From Candidatus Helarchaeota archaeon (lineage in GTDB: Archaea; Asgardarchaeota; Lokiarchaeia; Helarchaeales; RDOG01), in NCBI GenBank assembly GCA_019058315.1, contig JAHPZH010000001.1:535536-599535 (forward strand): a DNA stretch of 64,000 nucleotides. The letters are read 5' to 3'. The position numbers were made by a program, and so were the translations under genes. Under the pieces are notes generated by a model that saw only the letters and a list, made by a program, of their open reading frames with translations, did not search any database and was not told where the DNA came from. Within the stretch, counting starts at the first letter, position 1; each line of letters starts with the position of its first letter. Positions 57,577 to 64,000 of the stretch are shown here, one piece after another.

Positions 57577-59364
57577 TTATTCAAAGGAAATGTCTGGGTC
57601 TTGGGATTCGTATTCTCCAGTACCTTTAATGGTATATTTAATCTCTATTTGTTGACCGGGACCGATATCTGTTAATCTCCATACGATTTGTGTCCCAGCT
57701 TCTGTATCTACAGTTTCTGGCTTTATTTCATCTGGTTGTGAACTAGTAAAGGTAAAACTTGAAGGGATAATATCTTTTACTGTTACTTTTTCAACGGGGA
57801 CTTCTCCTTTATTCGCGAAAACAATAGGAATTATATATTCCCCTTCTTCAGAACCTGGAGTTACTGATTTATATGCTCGATATTTTCGCCTAACAGTTTT
57901 AGCGACTATTTTTATTTCCGGTACTCCTGCTTTAACTGGGGGTCCTGGAGGGACTGTATTAAACTCTGACATTAGTGGACATGCATAATCTGCAGGGCTG
58001 GGGTCCCAACCCGTTATAGGATATTCAACTAGGATTTCATCATCCGGATTCAAAGGATTAACGAGTGTAGCTAAATTTGGAATTGAAATAGTCAATTTAT
58101 GCTCCATCGATGGATCCTCGTTATTTGGCTCCATTTCAAGAATTACACCTTGCCTTAATTCTTTTCCCTGAGTCACAGTTCTTACCAAATCAAGAGAGGG
58201 AGGTTTAAATGATGCAGGAATTGTATCTTCTATTTTTATTTCAAAGAGTGCAGCAGTTCCCATATTTTTAGTTCTAGATTTTATTAGCATGTTAGTTTTT
58301 GCATGAGCATTAACAGTATCTGGTTCTAATGTTTTTTCACATTTGATTGCAGCAACAGGAATAACTCCTGACTGTTTCGTAATATGACCAACGATTTTTT
58401 TCTGTACTTCATATAGAACAGAAAAATTGTTTGTTTTACTGAATTTAGGAATACCTACAGACTCAACATTGAAATCCTTAGTCCATGAAGCTTGAGGTCC
58501 TAAATTTATTCCAGGAGATTCTTCTAATACTATTTCTTTAGTTGTTTCTTTTATCTGAGATACTTTTGCATTATTTAATACAACTTGAAAATCAGAAAGG
58601 TTCTGAAATTCAACAGTGCATTGCCAATTATTTTGGGAAACTTCTTCATTATCTATAGCATATAAATTATCAGATAATGCTTCTATTTTACCATTAAGAT
58701 CGGAGCGAATAATATTGGGTATTTCATAATCAACCTCAATCTTACCTGTTTGATGGAGATCTGTTTTATCCGGTGTGGCTCCCAGACGAATGTTTAAAAC
58801 TGCTGAATCACCCGCTGGTAAGGTTATTTCAGTCCAATGTACCTCACGGGTGCTTTCTTTATATTCCGTAATGCCAGAAGATGGAGGGTCAATATGAGGT
58901 GTATCAAAATAGTCTGGAATTGCTTTTATTACCTTAGCTTTTGCTTGGACTGTAGAATTATTTGTTAATTTTATCGAATAATTAGTGGGCATCCTGTGAT
59001 TCAAAACAAAATTCCAGTTTATCTCTTCACCTTTTTCATAATATGTATCAATAGTCTCAACTAATTCAATTAGAGGTTTTTGAACAACTTCTGTTGTATC
59101 TAATTGATATTCAAAAGTTTTACTTGCACTAGCATTAATTTCTCCAGTTTTTATTTCATTTTCAGTTAAAGAAACCGAATTAATCCCATCTAATAAAAGA
59201 TTTGTGTTCCATATTCTATGACTAGAACTAGGATTATTTACCGATACTAAGCCAACCATTGAAATCGATTCTAATTCTCCTTTACCAGAGAGGTTAGTTT
59301 CTACTTTTTCCGTGAAATTAATAACAATCTTTTTGCCCGATTCCATTTTTATCCTTAGAGTCAT
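57577..59364 (-). CDS. All-beta multidomain protein; N-terminal half resembles a mu-homology domain (AP mu / delta-COP)
   Basis: IVINFTEKVETNLSGKGELESISMVGLVSV and GITEYKESTREVHWT; C-terminal DUF11/Ig-like repeats (V.D.IP..F...W); no signal peptide or TM. Confidence 0.55.
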   Translation of the reverse strand: MTLRIKMESGKKIVINFTEKVETNLSGKGELESISMVGLVSVNNPSSSHRIWNTNLLLDGINSVSLTENEIKTGEINASASKTFEYQLDTTEVVQKPLIELVETIDTYYEKGEEINWNFVLNHRMPTNYSIKLTNNSTVQAKAKVIKAIPDYFDTPHIDPPSSGITEYKESTREVHWTEITLPAGDSAVLNIRLGATPDKTDLHQTGKIEVDYEIPNIIRSDLNGKIEALSDNLYAIDNEEVSQNNWQCTVEFQNLSDFQVVLNNAKVSQIKETTKEIVLEESPGINLGPQASWTKDFNVESVGIPKFSKTNNFSVLYEVQKKIVGHITKQSGVIPVAAIKCEKTLEPDTVNAHAKTNMLIKSRTKNMGTAALFEIKIEDTIPASFKPPSLDLVRTVTQGKELRQGVILEMEPNNEDPSMEHKLTISIPNLATLVNPLNPDDEILVEYPITGWDPSPADYACPLMSEFNTVPPGPPVKAGVPEIKIVAKTVRRKYRAYKSVTPGSEEGEYIIPIVFANKGEVPVEKVTVKDIIPSSFTFTSSQPDEIKPETVDTEAGTQIVWRLTDIGPGQQIEIKYTIKGTGEYESQDPDISFE

Positions 59365-59503
59365 TGATTTGGCATTATTTAAAATTTACAAGTTTAAAAA
59401 ATAAAATAAAAATTTACAAAATTTAGTTAATTTAGTAACAAAAAAATCGTCTAAAATTTAAAAAGGGGGTTATTTAGAGATATTATTTAAGCTAGATAAT
59501 CAT

Positions 59504-60325
59504 TTATGTATTTTGGATAACTTTTTTTTCCCATTCATTAATTTTTATAATTAATTCTTTTTTATCCTTAGAAGTAAGAACATCATCTTGCTGGTATGTC
59601 CTTAATTTACTTGATGTTGTAGTAATATCTGCGATAACTGGATGCCAAGCATACATTTTAGAAATTGATTTGATAGCATCATCTAAATCTTTTGCAAAAT
59701 CTAAAGCATTAACCTCTTGATTTAATTTTGATTTTAAATTACAAATTACCGAATAAAAAGAGACTTTAGTACTTTCCTTTTCTAATATTGCTTTTTTAGA
59801 TTTTTCAATTCTTTCAACTACAGAATCAATCCTTTGGGCATAGTTATTTATTAAAAATTTAAGAGATTCAAGCTGTTCTAAATCTTCTGTTATTTTGACA
59901 GCTAATAATGTATCAGGTGATAGTTTAAAAAATCCAAAATTACCTTCATTTTGTTTGGCGACGAAATTTCCAATAGCAATTTCTTGAAAATTATTTCTCG
60001 TAAAATTCTTTATAAAATCGATATCCTTGTATAAGCCGCTATAATCACAATATATAACACTACAATTTTTGGTTAAAATAGCAATATAGATATTTTCTTT
60101 GATATCTTGATATAAATTTCGATATAAATCTCTAATTACTTCATTTAATTCCTTAATTGGATCTGAAATAATTCTTACTCGTTTATATAATATTAAATTC
60201 TTATATTTTTGACAATATTCATAACTTGTTGAACCTAAACAATGATACTCTTTATTTCCTATGGTTATTCTATCAGTAGGACTACAAATATCATAGAAGG
60301 GACAACGTTTGAACATATAATCCAC
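59504..60325 (-). CDS. Hypothetical protein with N-terminal Cys cluster and possible roadblock/longin-like domain
   Basis: CPFYDIC...C...C; IGNFV...NFGFFKLSPDTLLAV similar to IGDYA...NLMIFKISEKAVVVL in 11873..12766. Confidence 0.55.
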   Translation of the reverse strand: MDYMFKRCPFYDICSPTDRITIGNKEYHCLGSTSYEYCQKYKNLILYKRVRIISDPIKELNEVIRDLYRNLYQDIKENIYIAILTKNCSVIYCDYSGLYKDIDFIKNFTRNNFQEIAIGNFVAKQNEGNFGFFKLSPDTLLAVKITEDLEQLESLKFLINNYAQRIDSVVERIEKSKKAILEKESTKVSFYSVICNLKSKLNQEVNALDFAKDLDDAIKSISKMYAWHPVIADITTTSSKLRTYQQDDVLTSKDKKELIIKINEWEKKVIQNT

Positions 60326-60786
60326 TGTATCATAATATAATTACAGATTAAAGTTTAATTCAATAAAAAATATGAATTAAAGTTGATTTTAATGGTTTTT
60401 TAAAATTTATAACTCTTTTCTATTAACTATTCAATTTTTAAAGATTTAAGGCTTTTATAAAATTTAAGATATTTTAATTTAACCTTTTTATACGAGATTT
60501 TTCTAGGATATGTGAGGAATTTTAGAATTTAAAGTTATTTTAACAAATTAATATATTAATTATTTATCATTGGAATAGAATTCGATAATATATCTAAATA
60601 ATCTTATGAAAAAAATGAATTTTTAATTGTAAGCTTGCTTTTTAAAGCAGATAATAAAATCACAAGTAATAAATATGATGTGACATTGTCTTTTTTAGAG
60701 AGTGAAAATTACCCGCTAATTATTTTTTCAAATGACATCCAAGCAATATAACCTTTTTGCATTGAATTATCGATAAATGTGATTAA

Positions 60787-62481
60787 ATGGATAAAAAAAC
60801 TGAAGAATTAAAAAATGCAGCTGACTTTTTTAAGAAAAATGAATATCTACCTGCAGCTAAATGTTATGCAAATGTTGCAGAACTATTGGAAAAAGCGGGG
60901 AATATTAAAGAGGCTGAATTAATTTTCCATAATATTATTGATTGTTATAATAAAGAAGCCGAAATGAATATTAGACAAAAAAAATATCAAGAAGCCGCTG
61001 AGATATTATTATCGGCAGGAGAACTGGAAACTCGAATAAATGAGGAGGATATTTCGAGAGAATACTATAATAAAGCAGTTCAACTATTTATTAAAGCTGC
61101 TGAAGAAACTCTAGACCAAAAAAATTTTCAAAATGCAGGGGACTTATTCAAAAAAGCTGCTTTTTACTTGGAGCAAGAAATTCAAGATACCGATTCAGCA
61201 ATTAAATATTACCATAATGCAATTGAAAGTTATCAAAAATTTAAAAATCAAATTGTTGTTAAAGAAGATCTAAAAAAGGCTACCCAAATTACTCAATTAA
61301 TAGCAATTTTATATGAAAGAACTAATGATTACAAAAAAGCAATCGAAATAGACAAAGAAGCTCTTGAATTGGCTAAAAAGAGAGATTTGGTTCAAATTAT
61401 TACTGATTGTTATCTGCATATGGCTCATTGTTATTTAAAATTAAATAAAGAAGATGATATGATTAATACTCTTAAAATTGCAAAGGATTACAATATTAAA
61501 ATTGGTAAATTAAAGATGCAAAAAAAGAATTATCTCGAAGCCGCAGAAAGTTTTGATAATGCTATTTCGATCTTAAAGGAATTAACTATATTACTTGATA
61601 AAAAAAGTGTTGTTTTGGAAGAAATTAATCAATCATATATAAATAAAGCAGATAGTTATCTCAAAATAGCTGAATCACATTTAAAACAAAACGAAATTGA
61701 TCGTGCAGCTCATTTTCAAAGGAACGCAGCCCTTTGCTATAGATTGATTAATAAACATAAGAATGCAGCAGAGCTATTTCTTGAGGCGGGGACAAATTTT
61801 GAAAAAATTAATACACAAAAATTAGCTGCAATTAATTTTAGAGATGCAGGATTACAATACGAGCTGATGAAAAAGCTTGATATAGCTGCTGAATTGCTAT
61901 TCAAAGCAGCAAAATTAGCAATAACAGAGGGAACTACTGAAATATCAATTGAATGTTATCGCGCTACTTTAAGAAATTTTGAATGCTTTGATGATATGAT
62001 AAAATTTGAAGAAACTCTTAAAGATCTTGAAGAAATACTAAAAACTCTCGCAGAAGAAGAAGAACAAGAAGAGAACTATCATATCGCCGCAAGTTATCTC
62101 TTTGAAATAGGAAATTATTATGATTCCTTGAAAAAACCAAAAAAAGCTGAAATTTATTATAAATCTGCAACTGATAAACTTCAGAAAGCAGTAGAAATTG
62201 CAATTAAAGAAGAACAATTGACAATCGCTGCGTATTCTTTATCTTGTTTCATTATCATTAAATTAATCTTGAACGATACTGATATTGAATCAATTTTAGC
62301 GATGTATAGAAATAAATTAGGAGAAAATCACTATTTCAAATTAAGTGAAGATTTATATAAGGAATTTATTTCTAAAGAAGCGAATTTATTTGCAGTTATC
62401 GATAAATATGATAATATAATTAAACATTCAGATGAATTAGATTATTTAATCTCGAAATTAACAGAATCAATAAAAAGTTGA
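60787..62481 (+). CDS. Alpha-SNAP-like / TPR helical repeat protein
   Basis: Repeated AAxxF/YxxAA units: NAGDLFKKAA, NAAELFLEAG, AAELLFKAAK. Confidence 0.75.
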   Translation: MDKKTEELKNAADFFKKNEYLPAAKCYANVAELLEKAGNIKEAELIFHNIIDCYNKEAEMNIRQKKYQEAAEILLSAGELETRINEEDISREYYNKAVQLFIKAAEETLDQKNFQNAGDLFKKAAFYLEQEIQDTDSAIKYYHNAIESYQKFKNQIVVKEDLKKATQITQLIAILYERTNDYKKAIEIDKEALELAKKRDLVQIITDCYLHMAHCYLKLNKEDDMINTLKIAKDYNIKIGKLKMQKKNYLEAAESFDNAISILKELTILLDKKSVVLEEINQSYINKADSYLKIAESHLKQNEIDRAAHFQRNAALCYRLINKHKNAAELFLEAGTNFEKINTQKLAAINFRDAGLQYELMKKLDIAAELLFKAAKLAITEGTTEISIECYRATLRNFECFDDMIKFEETLKDLEEILKTLAEEEEQEENYHIAASYLFEIGNYYDSLKKPKKAEIYYKSATDKLQKAVEIAIKEEQLTIAAYSLSCFIIIKLILNDTDIESILAMYRNKLGENHYFKLSEDLYKEFISKEANLFAVIDKYDNIIKHSDELDYLISKLTESIKS

Positions 62482-62688
62482 TATGATCTCGAAATAATAT
62501 TATTAATTTTTAGTACTTACGTTAATTTGAAAAATTAGAAAAGGGTAAAAAGGGATAGAATTAATATTTTATATTTGTATTATTGATAAAATATTTTTAT
62601 TTTTAACATAACATAATTTAATTTAAATAATATTATTTAATAGGAAATTTTAATAAATTTCTTCCTTATATAGACGGGTTTCAAAGAA

Positions 62689-63585
62689 ATGGGCTTAGAA
62701 GACGTAAAAACTGAATATGCAGACTATGAAATATGCTGTGATAAACCAGATATTAGACCATATAGAGGTGTCTTGGTCTGTCGAAGTTGTGGTACTGTTC
62801 ATGGTCCAGTTCTGGCGGATTCACCACGTAGAGCTTTTTCTGAGGAAGAAATTTCCCAAAGAAGACAATCTGAACCTGTATATCGAACTATAGGTGCTAG
62901 AACAGTAATTCCACGTAGTAATGTTGATATAACAGGTGCGCCCTTATCAGCAAAGACAAAATCTCTATTCTGGAGACTTGCTAAGATACAAAAATCAGTC
63001 ACCTCAACTTTTGAGCGTAATCTATCCATTGCTCAACCAAAATTACTTAATATGGCCAGTATGTTAGGACTTCCTCAAACAGTTACTGAAGAAGCACTTA
63101 GAATTTATTCTAAAGCTGTAAAAAACAAACTTACTATGGGAAGAAGTATAGATAATTTAGTTGCAGCTTCAATTTTCATTGCTATTAAAAGACACGGGAT
63201 TCCACGAACTTTAGATGAAGTTGCTGAATCTATCCAAATTACTAAAAAAAGTCTATCCAAAGCTTATCGTTTAATTATGCAAGAATTTAATATAAAGTTA
63301 CAACCTGTTTCGCCCGTAACCTTTATTTCAAAATTTTCTTCTGAATTAGGACTAAGTATGCAGGTTCAGAATAGAGCAAAGGAACTTTTAAAAATTACTA
63401 AACAAAAAACTAGTTTAATTGGCAAGGATCCTAAAGGTTTAGCATCTGCAGCCATTTATATTGCTGCAAAAGAATTAAATGAACCTAGAAGTCAAGTAGA
63501 ATTATCTAAAATTGCCCATATATCCGAAGTTACTTTGAGAAATCGTACTAAAAATATTAAAAATGCAGTCGGTTTAAAAAAATAA
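62689..63585 (+). CDS. tfb: Transcription initiation factor IIB (TFB)
   Basis: Zn ribbon LVCRSCGTV, ERNL, GRSID...AASIFIA, PRTLDEV, GKDPKGLASAAIYIA, SEVTLRNR. Confidence 0.93.
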   Translation: MGLEDVKTEYADYEICCDKPDIRPYRGVLVCRSCGTVHGPVLADSPRRAFSEEEISQRRQSEPVYRTIGARTVIPRSNVDITGAPLSAKTKSLFWRLAKIQKSVTSTFERNLSIAQPKLLNMASMLGLPQTVTEEALRIYSKAVKNKLTMGRSIDNLVAASIFIAIKRHGIPRTLDEVAESIQITKKSLSKAYRLIMQEFNIKLQPVSPVTFISKFSSELGLSMQVQNRAKELLKITKQKTSLIGKDPKGLASAAIYIAAKELNEPRSQVELSKIAHISEVTLRNRTKNIKNAVGLKK

Positions 63586-63625
63586 TCAAAAAATATTTTT
63601 AAGATTTGATAAAGGATTCATTATT

Positions 63626-63925
63626 ATGATTATTATCCATTTAGAGGACCTAAATGACTTCGCTAGTTTTTTAGAAAAACGGATCAGCAATGAAATATTT
63701 TTTGAATTTATCAAACCTGAGTTTACGCTAAATGGAATTAGAGTTCAACTTCAATATCTTGGTGTAATGAATAATACAAATGTTTTATTCACAACACATT
63801 TGGATTTCCCAAAAATTAAAGATAAAGAAGCTGTTAAAGAAAAATTAAAGGAAATTAAAATAGCTGATCTTGAATTAAAACTAATTCATGGGACTATTCG
63901 TGAACTTTATTTCTCAATCTCATAA
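63626..63925 (+). CDS. Hypothetical protein
   Basis: 99-aa ORF directly after tfb on the same strand. Confidence 0.6.
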   Translation: MIIIHLEDLNDFASFLEKRISNEIFFEFIKPEFTLNGIRVQLQYLGVMNNTNVLFTTHLDFPKIKDKEAVKEKLKEIKIADLELKLIHGTIRELYFSIS

Positions 63926-64000
63926 ACTGATTTATTCTCCATGAATTAATTTCTCACGAAATTGGTTTTCAATTTCTGTGAAATTTGAAAGGTTTTTTTC

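Noticed and set aside
60326-60786. Replication origin or ncRNA in a long AT-rich spacer
   Set aside because: No ORB-like repeats, no cdc6 neighbour and no GC-rich structure; consistent with a divergent promoter region.
4566-63029. Short overlapping ORFs in the track (e.g. 4566..4973, 5332..5574, 5613..5933, 9902..10201, 16033..16296, 26440..26715, 37250..37516, 62799..63029)
   Set aside because: Antisense or alternative-frame shadows of well-supported genes, with no motifs.

Overview
A very AT-rich archaeal chromosome segment, most likely from an Asgard archaeon (Loki/Hel-like). This is inferred from archaeal core genes (rpo6/rpoK, TFB, class I CCA enzyme, proteasome alpha, XPF) alongside many eukaryote-signature-type genes: three Rab-like GTPases (two with N-terminal longin/uDENN-like domains), two JAMM/MPN proteins, alpha-SNAP-like repeats, a possible mu-homology-domain protein, and WD40 and HEAT proteins. 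I saw no rRNA, tRNA, CRISPR array or transposase. Four things stand out. (1) An ACP/PPTase-based acyl-reduction cluster (26.4-35.3 kb) whose core order ACP, adenylation ligase, Fe-ADH, LuxE, LuxC, plus a hexapeptide acyltransferase, mirrors Vibrio cholerae O1 wbeKLMNO, the proposed tetronate (hydroxyacyl) glycan-decoration pathway. (2) A split PEP-synthase-like dikinase (His domain and ATP-grasp only) among duplicated unknown ~410-aa proteins, an SCP2-like protein and an AttH/tocopherol-cyclase-like protein, a candidate modular lipid or small-molecule phosphorylation system. (3) A bacterial-type queF-tgt queuosine pair in an archaeon. (4) A single-chain TPR/SNAP-JAMM-PCI-like protein directly downstream of a Rab-like GTPase gene. 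All family calls come from motif recognition by eye; no database searches were run.
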